From NCBI GenBank assembly GCA_016714815.1, contig JADKBZ010000008.1, positions 53,513 through 117,512 on the forward strand: a stretch of 64,000 bases of DNA. The letters run 5' to 3'. Each line of letters begins with the position of its first letter. Positions within the stretch are counted from its first letter, which is position 1. A model generated the notes under the pieces. It was given only the letters and a program-made list of their open reading frames with translations, was not told the DNA's origin and did not search any database. A program made the position numbers and the translations under genes. Shown in pieces: positions 8,632 through 17,584 of this stretch. Source of the stretch: Holophagales bacterium (GTDB taxonomy: Bacteria; Acidobacteriota; Thermoanaerobaculia; UBA5066).

Positions 8632-9401
8632 GCGCCGAGCCGCACGCCATCGAGACCCGGGGACTCTCCCTCTGGTACGGGAGCTTCCAGGCGCTCTTCG
8701 ACGTCTCCACCGACATCCGGAGCGGGATCATCACCTCCCTCATCGGCCCGAGCGGCTGCGGGAAGACCACGCTCCTGCGCTGCTTCAACCGCGTGAACGA
8801 ACGCTACGGGAACGTGAGGACGGCGGGCGAGATCCGGATCCTCGGCGAGAGCATCTACGATCCGGACGTCTCCCTCATCGAGCTGCGCAAGGCCGTGGGG
8901 ATGGTCTTCCAGCGCCCGAATCCGCTCCCCATCTCGGTCTACGAGAACGTCGTCTTCGGCCTCCGGGTCCACACCCCCCGCACCGACCTGAAGCGCTCCG
9001 TCCTCGACGAGGCGGTGGAGAAGGCCCTCACCGAGGTCGGCCTCTGGAAGGACCTGAAGGACCGCCTGAAGACGAAGGCGACGGGCCTCCTCCTCGAGCA
9101 GCAGCAGAAGCTCTGCCTCGCCCGCCTCCTCCCGCTCAAGCCCGAGGTCATCCTGATGGACGAGCCCGCCTCCGCCCTCGACGTCGGCGGGACGCGCGCC
9201 ATCGAGGAGCTGATGTTCGAGCTGGCCGGGAAGTACACGATCGTCATCGTGACGCACAACATGGCCCAGGCGCGGCGGGCGAGCGACGAGTGCATCTTCA
9301 TGCTCATGGGCAAGGTCGTCGAGCACGCGCGGACCGAGGACCTCTTCCTCAACCCGCAGAACCCGAAGACCGCGGAGTACATCGAAGGCCGCTACGCGTA
9401 G
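8628..9401 (+). CDS. pstB: Phosphate ABC transporter ATP-binding protein paralog 2 (Walker A and H-loop intact, signature motif degenerate)
   Basis: ATGA start/stop overlap with pstB1. Walker A GPSGCGKTT, Walker B ILMDEPASALD, H-loop VTHNMAQA. The LSGGQ signature is replaced by LLLEQQQK. Confidence 0.88.
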   Translation: MSAEPHAIETRGLSLWYGSFQALFDVSTDIRSGIITSLIGPSGCGKTTLLRCFNRVNERYGNVRTAGEIRILGESIYDPDVSLIELRKAVGMVFQRPNPLPISVYENVVFGLRVHTPRTDLKRSVLDEAVEKALTEVGLWKDLKDRLKTKATGLLLEQQQKLCLARLLPLKPEVILMDEPASALDVGGTRAIEELMFELAGKYTIVIVTHNMAQARRASDECIFMLMGKVVEHARTEDLFLNPQNPKTAEYIEGRYA

Positions 9402-9501
9402 GCGACCGGCCACGCGGCGGGCCCCCCTCGCGGGGAGCTGAGCCCGGCCGGGCGGACACCCCGCGCGCGATCCCTATACTCCGCGCCACCGGCCCGACGG
9501 A

Positions 9502-10929
9502 ATGGTCTTCAGCACCTCCCTCTTCCTCCTCTTCTTCCTCCCCGCGTTCCTCGCGGGCTACCACCTCCTTCCCCGGCCCGCCCGGAACACCTTCGTCCTC
9601 CTGGCGAGCGCCCTCTTCTACGCCTGGGGCGCCCCGCGCTTCCTCTTCGTCGTCCTCGGCGTCACGTTCCTCGACTTCCACTTCGTGAAGAGGATGGCCG
9701 CGGCGAACGGCCCTGCGCGCAAGCGGGCCTGGCTCGTCGCCTCGCTCGCCATGAACCTCGGCCTCCTCGGCTATTTCAAGTACGCGGGGTTCTTCGTCGG
9801 GAACGTCAACGCGCTCCTCGGCGCCGCGGGGCTCGGCCCGCTTCCGTGGGCCGAGGTCTTCCTCCCGCTCGGAATCTCCTTCTACACGTTCGAGACGGTG
9901 ACCTACGTCGTCGACGTCTACCGGGGCGTCCACGCGCCGCTCGGCCGCTTCGCCGACTACCAGCTCTACATCCTCTTCTTCCCAAAGCTCCTCGCCGGGC
10001 CGATCGTCCGCTTCCACGAGATCGCCGACCAGATCGGCGACCGCTCGCGGTACGAGACGGCGGGACGCTTCCTCGGCGGCTTCGTCCGCTTCGTCCTCGG
10101 GCTCGCGAAGAAGGTGCTGATCGCCGACGTCCTCGGGGTGACGGTGAGGAAGGGCTTCGCGCTCGACGCGGCGGCCCTCGACGCGCCGGCCGCGTGGCTC
10201 CTCCTCGCCGCATTCCTGACACAGATCTACTTCGACTTCTCCGGCTACAGCGACATGGCCCTCGGCCTGGCGGCGATGGTCGGCTTCCGCCTGCCGGAGA
10301 ACTTCCGGGACCCGTTCGTCTCGACGAGCGTGACGGAGTTCTGGACCCGCTGGCACGTCACGCTCTCGGCGTGGATGCGCAGCTACCTCTACGTCCCGCT
10401 CGGCGGGAACCGGCTCGGAACCCGCCGGACGCTCGCGAACCTCTGGATCGTCTTCCTCGTCTCCGGCCTGTGGCACGGGGCGGCCTGGCACTACGTCCTC
10501 TGGGGGGCGTGGCACGGGCTCTTCATCGTGGCGGAGCGGACGGCCTTCGGCCGGCTCCTCGCGAAGGCCGGCCCGGTCGCGGGTCGGGCCTACGTCTTCC
10601 TCGCGGTCGTCGCCTCGATGGCGCTCTTCCGTCCCGCGGGCCTCCTCTCCGAGAACCTCCGGACCCTCGCCGCCCTCGCCGGGGGCGGCTCCGGCACCGC
10701 CGCGCTCCCGCTCGACCGGGAGTTCGCCGTCACGCTCGGCGTGGCCCTCGTCTTCACCTTTTTCGCGGCGCTCCCGGGCGCCGCCGCGATCCAGCGACTC
10801 GTCTTCGACGACGACCCGTCCCTGCCCCGCCAGCTGGCGCTCGTCCCGGCGGCGGGCCTTCTCCTCCTCCTCTGCCTTTCGATGGTCGCCTGGTCCCCGT
10901 TCAGCCCGTTCGTCTACTTCCGGTTCTGA
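9502..10929 (+). CDS. MBOAT-family membrane-bound O-acyltransferase (AlgI/DltB/PatA-like)
   Basis: 475 aa, polytopic. Conserved MBOAT His region WHGAAWHYVLWGAWHG. Confidence 0.85.
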   Translation: MVFSTSLFLLFFLPAFLAGYHLLPRPARNTFVLLASALFYAWGAPRFLFVVLGVTFLDFHFVKRMAAANGPARKRAWLVASLAMNLGLLGYFKYAGFFVGNVNALLGAAGLGPLPWAEVFLPLGISFYTFETVTYVVDVYRGVHAPLGRFADYQLYILFFPKLLAGPIVRFHEIADQIGDRSRYETAGRFLGGFVRFVLGLAKKVLIADVLGVTVRKGFALDAAALDAPAAWLLLAAFLTQIYFDFSGYSDMALGLAAMVGFRLPENFRDPFVSTSVTEFWTRWHVTLSAWMRSYLYVPLGGNRLGTRRTLANLWIVFLVSGLWHGAAWHYVLWGAWHGLFIVAERTAFGRLLAKAGPVAGRAYVFLAVVASMALFRPAGLLSENLRTLAALAGGGSGTAALPLDREFAVTLGVALVFTFFAALPGAAAIQRLVFDDDPSLPRQLALVPAAGLLLLLCLSMVAWSPFSPFVYFRF

Positions 10930-10931
10930 CG

Positions 10932-12089
10932 ATGAAGAACGCCCCGTCGCGAGCCCTCGCCGTCCTCGTCGTCGCCCTTCTCGGCGCACCGGCCGTCCTG
11001 CACTTCGTCCCGGGGATTCCCGAGTGGCCGCTCGCCGGCCGGTCGGCCGAGCTGGCGCCGTACCCCGCGTTCACGCTCGGCGGGTGGTTCTCGGGCTCCT
11101 TCCAGGAGGCGGCCCTCCGGCGCGCCAACCAGGCCTTCGCGTTCCGCACCTGGCTCGTGCGGCTGAACAACCAGATCGCGTTCCGCTTCTGGGGAAGGGC
11201 GAAGGCGAATGGCGTCCTGATCGGCCCCGGCCTCTTCCTGAACGACCGGCTCCACGTCGAGGCCTGGAACGGGACCGACTTCGTCGGAGAGGCGGCGATC
11301 CGCGCCCGGCTCGCCGCCCTGAGGCGCCTCGACGATGCCCTTTCCTCCCGCGGCGGCGGGGCGCTCCTCGTCGTCGTCCCGGGGAAGGCGACGACGTACC
11401 CCGAGCTCGTCCCCCGCGGCAGCAGGCCTCCGTTCGCGCCGCGCAACCGCGAGGTCTACGCCCGTCTCGCCCCCGGCGCCGAGGCCCCGTTCCTCGACCT
11501 GACGCCCCGGTTCCTCGAACACCGGCGCACCTCGCCGCATCCGCTCTTCTCGCCCTACGGAATCCACTGGACCGCGCTCGGCGCGGTTCTGGGGATGCAG
11601 GAGATCGTCGCCTCCCTCGAAGAGCGGACCGGGCGCGAGCTTCCTCGAATCGAGATTCTCGGAATCGAGGAGACGGACCGGATCCAGCCGGTCGATCGCG
11701 ACATCGGCGACGGGATGAACCTCCTCTTCCCTCTCCCGAAGGTGAAGCTCGCCTACCCGAGAATTCGCGTCGCCACCGAAGGGACGTGGCGGCCCCGGGC
11801 CCTCGTCGTCGCCGACAGCTACTTCTGGAACGTCTTCGACCTGCCCCTCGCCGGTCAGGTCTTCTCGTCGCTTCGGTTCTGGTTCTACCGCAACGAGCTC
11901 CACGAGCACGGGAAGCCGATGACGTTCCCAAAGGGAGATGCGGCCCTCGCGCGGCTCCTCTCCGAGGCGGACGTCGTCCTGATTCTCGCCTCCGATGCGA
12001 ACCTCCCCCGCGTCGGCTGGGGCTTCCTCGAGGACGTCGACCGCCTCCTGGCCGCAGGAGACGGGCGGCCGGCCGGACCGGTCCGCTAG
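10932..12089 (+). CDS. MBOAT partner protein, AlgX/AlgJ/DHHW-like (N-terminal membrane anchor, periplasmic SGNH-like domain); assignment tentative
   Basis: ATG 2 nt after the MBOAT stop. N-terminal hydrophobic anchor. A ...SPYGIHWTALGA... segment resembles the D-x-H-W region of AlgJ/DHHW proteins, but the Asp is not conserved. Gene order MBOAT then partner is typical of polymer O-acetylation systems. Confidence 0.45.
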   Translation: MKNAPSRALAVLVVALLGAPAVLHFVPGIPEWPLAGRSAELAPYPAFTLGGWFSGSFQEAALRRANQAFAFRTWLVRLNNQIAFRFWGRAKANGVLIGPGLFLNDRLHVEAWNGTDFVGEAAIRARLAALRRLDDALSSRGGGALLVVVPGKATTYPELVPRGSRPPFAPRNREVYARLAPGAEAPFLDLTPRFLEHRRTSPHPLFSPYGIHWTALGAVLGMQEIVASLEERTGRELPRIEILGIEETDRIQPVDRDIGDGMNLLFPLPKVKLAYPRIRVATEGTWRPRALVVADSYFWNVFDLPLAGQVFSSLRFWFYRNELHEHGKPMTFPKGDAALARLLSEADVVLILASDANLPRVGWGFLEDVDRLLAAGDGRPAGPVR

Positions 12090-12103
12090 ACTCCGCGTCC
12101 ACC

Positions 12104-13408
12104 ATGAGTCCAACGCTGCGCTTCACGCCGGCGCCCGAGTCGGGGGCCGCTCTCTCCGCCCTCGCCCGAGGCGTCCAGGGGTCCATCATCTTGAAGATCG
12201 GCGCCGAGATCCGCGCGATGAAGGCGCGCGGCGAGGACGTCTGCAACCTGACGATCGGGGACTTCGACCCGGCGCACTTCCCCATTCCCCGGGCCCTCGA
12301 CGAGGAGATCCGGACGGCCCTCTCCTCGGGGCAGACGAACTACCCCGCTTCCGATGGCATCCTCCCGCTGCGCGAGGCGATCTCCGCCTACTACCAACGC
12401 GAGCTCGGGCTCGACTACCCGGTCGACGGGATCCTCGTCGCGTCCGGCGCCCGGCCGCTCCTCTACGGGGCCTACAGGACGCTCCTCGATCCGGGCGACA
12501 TCGTCCTCTACCCGGTCCCGTCGTGGAACAACGAGTACTTCGTCCATCTCTCCGGAGCGCGGGCGGTGGAGATCCCGGTCCACGCCTCGTCGAACTTCTT
12601 CCCGACGGCCGAGCAGGTCGCCCCGCACCTCAAGAGCGCCCGCCTCCTCGTCCTGAACTCTCCGGCGAATCCGACCGGGACCGTCCTCGCCCCGGAAGAG
12701 CTCCGGAAGCTCGGCGAGCTCGTCCTCGCCGAGAACCGCCACCGGGCCTGGCGCGGCCGGCGCCCCCTCTACCTCCTCTACGACCAGGTCTACTGGACTC
12801 TCACCTTCGGAAGCGCCGTCCACGCGACGCCGGTCGGCCTCCTCCCCGACCTCGCTCCCTACACGATCCTCCTGGACGCCATCTCCAAGTCCTTCTGCGC
12901 CACGGGGCTGCGGGTCGGCTGGGGGCTGATGCCGCCCGTGATCCGGAGCCGGATGGCCGACATCCTCGGGCACGTCGGGGCCTGGGCCCCGAAGCCGGAA
13001 CAGGTCGCCACCGCCGCGTTCCTCGGCCGGGCGGACGAGATCGGAGCCTTCCAGGCCGGGATGAAGCAGGCGCTCAAGGAGCGCCTCGACCTCCTCCACG
13101 ACGGCTTCTCGGAGATGAGGGCGGCGGGACTGCCCGTCTACGTGGTCGAGCCGCAGGGGGCGATCTACCTCTCGGTGAAGATCGGCCTCGTCGGAAAGCA
13201 GCACGGCGGCACCCCGCTCCGGACGAACGAGGACGTCCGCGCCCTGCTTCTGCGGGAGGCGGGCTTCGGTGTCGTGCCGTTCCAGGCCTTCGGCCTGAAG
13301 GAGGAGAGCGGCTGGTTCCGGATGTCGGTCGGATCGGTCTCCATCGACGACATTCGCGCCGTCCTCCCGCGCGTTCGCGCCGTCATCGAAGAGGCCGCCC
13401 GGGCCTGA
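12104..13408 (+). CDS. Class I/II pyridoxal-phosphate aminotransferase (aspartate-aminotransferase-like)
   Basis: 434 aa. ...LNSPANPTG..., ...SKSFCATGLRVGWG... (PLP-Lys region). The rest of ORF 11024..13408 upstream is Arg-rich junk. Confidence 0.8.
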   Translation: MSPTLRFTPAPESGAALSALARGVQGSIILKIGAEIRAMKARGEDVCNLTIGDFDPAHFPIPRALDEEIRTALSSGQTNYPASDGILPLREAISAYYQRELGLDYPVDGILVASGARPLLYGAYRTLLDPGDIVLYPVPSWNNEYFVHLSGARAVEIPVHASSNFFPTAEQVAPHLKSARLLVLNSPANPTGTVLAPEELRKLGELVLAENRHRAWRGRRPLYLLYDQVYWTLTFGSAVHATPVGLLPDLAPYTILLDAISKSFCATGLRVGWGLMPPVIRSRMADILGHVGAWAPKPEQVATAAFLGRADEIGAFQAGMKQALKERLDLLHDGFSEMRAAGLPVYVVEPQGAIYLSVKIGLVGKQHGGTPLRTNEDVRALLLREAGFGVVPFQAFGLKEESGWFRMSVGSVSIDDIRAVLPRVRAVIEEAARA

Positions 13409-13426
13409 GCCCCGGGGCCCCTCACG

Positions 13427-14644
13427 TCACGCCTCCAGGAGCGCGTCCGCACGCAGCCTCTCGACCACCGCTTCGGCGACGAACTCCGGCTCGCCGCACT
13501 CCCCCGCGACCTCCTCGACCGTCCGCGTGCCGTCGAGGAGGAGGAGCACCGCGGTCGCCAGCGGATCGAGCGTGACGTTCCTGTGGCGGAACGACGTGAC
13601 GCGCGGCCCGTCCGCCGCCTGGAGGCGCGCAAGGGCGCTCGCGCGGGGCCTCGGGGAAAGCGGCGCCCCGCGGGAGAGAGGGACGCTCGCGAGCTCGAGG
13701 CCCTCCTCCGCCGCCGGGACCTCTCGCGGCCCCCGCTTCGCCCCCGCCCGTACGAACAGGCCCTGCCGCAGCGTCCTCTCCCGGAGGACGTCGAGAAGCT
13801 CTTCGCGCTCGACCTCTCCGCGAAGCCCTTCCAGGACGCGCCGCACCTCCGGCGACCACGTCTCTGGGGGCACGAAGGGCTCCTGGGCGTCGCAGAGGTA
13901 GTCGAGGCCGGCCGCCCCCGCCCGCGCCACGACGTCCCCCAGGGAAAAGGCCTCGTTCTCCTCTTCCAGGTAGTCGTGCAGGAGGTCCGCGTCGCTTTCG
14001 TCCGCGAGCTCCGCCCCCCTCTCGGCCAGGTAGCGGCCCCATGGGCCCGCCGGATCGACGACGCTGGCGGCGACGAGGGCGAGCCGTTCCCGGGCGAGCC
14101 GGGCCCGCTCCCCCGGCTCCCGGGCGCCCCCGGCGCCGGCCCGGAGGACGTCGCGGACGAGGTGGCGGAAGCGCCAGCCCGGGAGGGCGTTCCAGCTGAC
14201 GAAAGCGGCGCCCCTCTCCGAAAGCCGCTCGCCGCAGACCTCGAACACCCTCCGGCGAACGGGCTCCGGCACCCAGGAGAGGACCCCGTGGGCCAGGACG
14301 TAGTCGAACGCTCCCCAGCCCTCGTCCACGTCGCCCAGGTCGCCCGCCACCAGGGAGACGTTCCGAATCCCCAGCGCCTCGACGAGACGCCGACCCGCCC
14401 CGATCTGCCTCGCGGAAAAGTCGACGCCGACGAAACGGGCGGACGGCAGCCCGTACGCCATGCCGACGAGGTTGTCGCCACTCGCGCAGCCCAGCTCGAG
14501 GACGCGGGCGCCGGCGGCCGGCACCGGCTCGAACCCGTGCCGACGGACCGCCAGGGCGATCCGGTCGGGATGCGTGAAACGGTGGACGAGCCGCTCGTAG
14601 GGCATCGCCTCGTAGCTCTCCCGCGTCGCGTCGAGGTGCGTCAT
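13427..14644 (-). CDS. Class I SAM-dependent methyltransferase with C-terminal regulatory/uncharacterised domain
   Basis: 405 aa from ATG (revcomp at 14642-14644). Motif I VLELGCASGDN. The remainder of the 878-aa ORF 13427..16063 is antisense to aceA and rejected. Confidence 0.7.
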   Translation of the reverse strand: MTHLDATRESYEAMPYERLVHRFTHPDRIALAVRRHGFEPVPAAGARVLELGCASGDNLVGMAYGLPSARFVGVDFSARQIGAGRRLVEALGIRNVSLVAGDLGDVDEGWGAFDYVLAHGVLSWVPEPVRRRVFEVCGERLSERGAAFVSWNALPGWRFRHLVRDVLRAGAGGAREPGERARLARERLALVAASVVDPAGPWGRYLAERGAELADESDADLLHDYLEEENEAFSLGDVVARAGAAGLDYLCDAQEPFVPPETWSPEVRRVLEGLRGEVEREELLDVLRERTLRQGLFVRAGAKRGPREVPAAEEGLELASVPLSRGAPLSPRPRASALARLQAADGPRVTSFRHRNVTLDPLATAVLLLLDGTRTVEEVAGECGEPEFVAEAVVERLRADALLEA

Positions 14645-14752
14645 CCGGCCCCATTCTCGCCGCCCAGTCCGCAATCCGGACCCCGAACTTTGCGAAGTTG
14701 ACGGCGAAACCCCGGTTGTGCTGCATTGCAGAACTCGGATAAAGTCCACCCG

Positions 14753-16066
14753 ATGTCGACCTACGACGAGGAGGCCTTCATGTACCGTAGCCAGTCCATA
14801 CCGGAGCTCGAGCGGTCCTGGTCCAACGACCTCAGGTGGCGCGGGATCGTCCGCCCGTACAGCGCCGCCGACGTCGACCGCCTCCGCGGCACCATCCAGA
14901 TCGACTACCCGGTCGCCCGGATGGGCTCCGAGCGTCTCTGGAACCTCCTCCACACGGAGAAGTTCGTTCCGGCCCTCGGCGCGCTGACGGGCAACCAGGC
15001 CGTGGAGCAGGTCCAGGCCGGCCTGAAGGCGATCTACATGTCGGGCTGGCAGGTCGCGGGCGACGCGAACGACGCCCTCACGATGTACCCCGACCAGAGC
15101 CTCTACCCGGTGACGAGCGTCCCCACCGTCATCCGGCGGATCACGAACGCCCTCATGCGCGCGGACCAGATCCAGCACATGGAAGGCAAGTCCGACATCT
15201 ACTACTTCGCCCCGATCGTGGCCGACGCGGAAGCGGGCTTCGGCGGGCCGCTGAACACGTTCGAGCTGATCAAATCGATGATCGAGGCGGGCGCCGGCGG
15301 CATCCACCTCGAAGACCAGCTCTCCTCGCTGAAGAAGTGCGGCCACATGGGCGGCAAGGTCCTCGTGCCGATCCACGACTTCATCAGCAAGCTCATCGCC
15401 GCCCGCCTCGCGGCGGACGTCCTCGGCGTCCCGACCGTCTTCATCGGCCGGACCGACTCCCTCGGCGCCGGCCTCATCCGCGGCGACATCGACAAGGTCG
15501 ACCAGGAGTTCCTGACCGGCGAGCGGACCGCCGACGGCTTCTTCATCGTCAAGGGGAGCCTCGACTACGCCGTCGCCCGCGCCTGCGCCTACGCCCCCTA
15601 CGTCGACGTCGTCTGGTGCGAGACCTCCACGCCCGACATCGGCGAGGCCCGCGCCTTCGCGCAGGGCGTCCACGAGAAGTTCCCCGGCAAGATCCTCGCC
15701 TACAACTGCTCCCCCTCGTTCAACTGGAAGAAGAAGCTCTCCGACGCCGAGATCGCGACCTTCCAGGAAGAGCTCGGCGAGATGGGCTACAAGTTCCAGT
15801 TCATCACCCTCGCCGGCTTCCACACGCTGAACGCCTCCATGTTCAAGCTCGCGTACAACTACGCGAAGACCGGCATGACCGCCTTCGCCGCCCTCCAGGA
15901 AGAAGAGTTCCAGATGGAGCGCGAGTGGGGCTTCAAGGCGATCAAGCATCAGCGCTTCGTCGGCGCCGGCTACTTCGACCAGATCCAGCAGACGGTCGCC
16001 GGAGGCGAGGTCGCCACCGCGGCGCTCAAGGGCTCCACGGAAGAGGAGCAGTTCGACAAGCACTGA
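14753..16066 (+). CDS. aceA: Isocitrate lyase
   Basis: Strong identity to ICL, including the KKCGHMGGK active-site motif. Start taken at ATG 14753 ([11 protein letters not shown]...). TTG 14726 or a later ATG are also possible. Confidence 0.9.
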   Translation: MSTYDEEAFMYRSQSIPELERSWSNDLRWRGIVRPYSAADVDRLRGTIQIDYPVARMGSERLWNLLHTEKFVPALGALTGNQAVEQVQAGLKAIYMSGWQVAGDANDALTMYPDQSLYPVTSVPTVIRRITNALMRADQIQHMEGKSDIYYFAPIVADAEAGFGGPLNTFELIKSMIEAGAGGIHLEDQLSSLKKCGHMGGKVLVPIHDFISKLIAARLAADVLGVPTVFIGRTDSLGAGLIRGDIDKVDQEFLTGERTADGFFIVKGSLDYAVARACAYAPYVDVVWCETSTPDIGEARAFAQGVHEKFPGKILAYNCSPSFNWKKKLSDAEIATFQEELGEMGYKFQFITLAGFHTLNASMFKLAYNYAKTGMTAFAALQEEEFQMEREWGFKAIKHQRFVGAGYFDQIQQTVAGGEVATAALKGSTEEEQFDKH

Positions 16067-16158
16067 GGCGACACCTCGCCTCGAGTTCCCCGAAAGGGCG
16101 CGCTCCGGCGCGCCCTTTCGCTTTCCGGGGCCCGGTAGAGACGGGAACGAGAAGGGGA

Positions 16159-16222
16159 TCGGGAGAACGGGAGGTCGGGGGATCGGGAGACCAGGAGACC
16201 AGGAGACCGGGAGACCGGGAGA
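16159..16222. repeat. Tandem 8-bp repeat (consensus GGGAGACC, about 8 units)
   Basis: Seen directly: GGGAGAAC GGGAGGTC GGGGGATC GGGAGACC AGGAGACC AGGAGACC GGGAGACC GGGAGACG, about 90 bp downstream of the aceA stop. Confidence 0.7.
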
Positions 16223-16291
16223 CGGTGAGCACGTCAGTCCACTTCACCGTGCCGCACGAGTCGCGGGCGGGAGGGGTGTCCCACGGCGGCG

Positions 16292-16334
16292 CTCGCCGGG
16301 GGGCCTGAGCTTCGCGCGGCCCCCCGGACCCCCA
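16292..16334. repeat. 43-bp direct repeat copy 1, containing a GC hairpin (GGGGGGCC-12 nt-GGCCCCCC)
   Basis: CTCGCCGGGGGGCCTGAGCTTCGCGCGGCCCCCCGGACCCCCA. A perfect second copy lies at 16434-16476. Confidence 0.75.
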
Positions 16335-16433
16335 CCCTCAATCTGCGCGCCCGTCTCGTGCCCGGCCTCGTTCCGCCGCGCGACCCGCATCGGCCCCGCT
16401 CCGCGGTCCGCCGGGGCGAGCGCGAACGCCTCG

Positions 16434-16476
16434 CCCTCGCCGGGGGGCCTGAGCTTCGCGCGGCCCCCCGGACCCC
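16434..16476. repeat. 43-bp direct repeat copy 2 with the same internal hairpin
   Basis: Identical 43-mer to 16292-16334, 142 bp downstream. Confidence 0.75.
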
Positions 16477-16651
16477 CAGTCCCATCTGAGGCCGATCGTC
16501 GTGCGGACATCGTTCTCGTTGCACGCGCGCGCTCGCCTGATCCGGCGGCCTGCTCGCGGAGCCGTGCGGGTCCCCGCGCGTACTCGGACGCCGCTCGCGG
16601 GCCTCCCCTCCCGCCCGCTCACACCCCTCGCCAATTCAAGCGCGGCCATAC

Positions 16652-16679
16652 GGGGTCAGGTCTTGATTTTCTACTATAG
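16652..16679 (+). repeat. Conserved 28-bp AT-rich motif, copy a (GGGGTCAGGTCTTGATTTTCTACTATAG)
   Basis: The 19-bp core GGGGTCAGGTCTTGATTTT is identical in four copies in this window. Lies about 275 bp upstream of the Uma2 gene. Confidence 0.8.
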
Positions 16680-16788
16680 GTCTTGCAGGTAGGCGCGATG
16701 GGGCTAGCCCTTTCTCCGGCTGAAGCTGCCAGCGAGAGAACGACGGAAGCCGGATCGAGCCCCGGGACGATGAAAGCCGGCCCGACGC

Positions 16789-16822
16789 CGCTTGATTGCA
16801 ACGAAAAACGGAACTGACCCCC
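16789..16822. repeat. Partial, rearranged copy of the 28-bp motif (CTTGATTGCAAC...CTGACCCC)
   Basis: CTTGATT followed 17 nt later by CTGACCCC (the reverse complement of GGGGTCAG), about 110 bp downstream of copy a. Weaker evidence. Confidence 0.35.
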
Positions 16823-16953
16823 GTGCACTCCGTCCCGCCGGAGATGGAACGGCTCTTCGCGGAGCTCCTGCGGCAGCTGGAGAGCTGAGCGAGGAGCGCC
16901 TCCTCCGCTTCCCCGCGGCGTCCGCCGCCTTCTTCCGAGAGTAGACTTCGCAC

Positions 16954-17535
16954 ATGTCAGCCCTCCCGGACCTCGCCTCCCACTTCCGGGCTCTCGAGGC
17001 GATCCTGGAAGCCCAGCCGGAGGGCCAGAATGTCGAGATCGCCCGGGGCGTCTACGCGATGACTCCCCGGCCCCGGTTCCGGCACGCCGTCGTGCAGACG
17101 AACCTGTCATCCGCGCTGAAGGTACGGTTCGGTACAGGCACGCCGGCCACCCCTCCCGACTGGCTGTTTGCAATCGAACCCGAGATCCGCTCCGAGGAGG
17201 CCTTCTCGCGCCTCATCCCGGACGTGGCCGGCTGGCGCCGCTCGACGACGGGCTGGCCCGATGGGGACGAGAACCCCGTGACGCTCGCTCCGGACTGGGT
17301 GGCGGAAATCCTCTCGCCGGGAACCGAGGCGTACGACCGGGGCCCGAAGCGCGAAGCGTGGGGCCTCGTCGGAGCGGGATACCTCTGGATCGTCGATCCC
17401 GTCCGGCGCCTCGTCGAGACGTTCGTGAACGTCCGCGGGAAGATGATCGCCGGACCGGTCCTCCTCACGGACGACGTCCTCGCGGCACCGCCATTCGAGG
17501 GACTCTCCGAGCCGGTGGCCGGGATCTTCCTGTAG
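16954..17535 (+). CDS. Uma2-family (DUF820) putative restriction-endonuclease-like protein
   Basis: 193 aa. Characteristic ...APDWVAEILSPGT... (PD-(D/E)xK-like Uma2 motif). Confidence 0.8.
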   Translation: MSALPDLASHFRALEAILEAQPEGQNVEIARGVYAMTPRPRFRHAVVQTNLSSALKVRFGTGTPATPPDWLFAIEPEIRSEEAFSRLIPDVAGWRRSTTGWPDGDENPVTLAPDWVAEILSPGTEAYDRGPKREAWGLVGAGYLWIVDPVRRLVETFVNVRGKMIAGPVLLTDDVLAAPPFEGLSEPVAGIFL

Positions 17536-17584
17536 CCGGGTGTCCTCCCGATCTCGACCGCCCGGCTCCGGGCGGCGGCTCCGC

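Noticed and set aside
13427-16063. 878-aa minus-strand ORF spanning the aceA locus
   Set aside because: Only the last 405 codons (methyltransferase, 13427..14644) are coding-like. The rest is antisense to the well-conserved isocitrate lyase on the plus strand.
16234-16692. Several 60-100-aa ORFs in the 16.07-16.95 kb gap
   Set aside because: They lie on repeats and hairpins, are Arg/Pro/Gly-rich, and have no RBS or start context. They are treated as non-coding.
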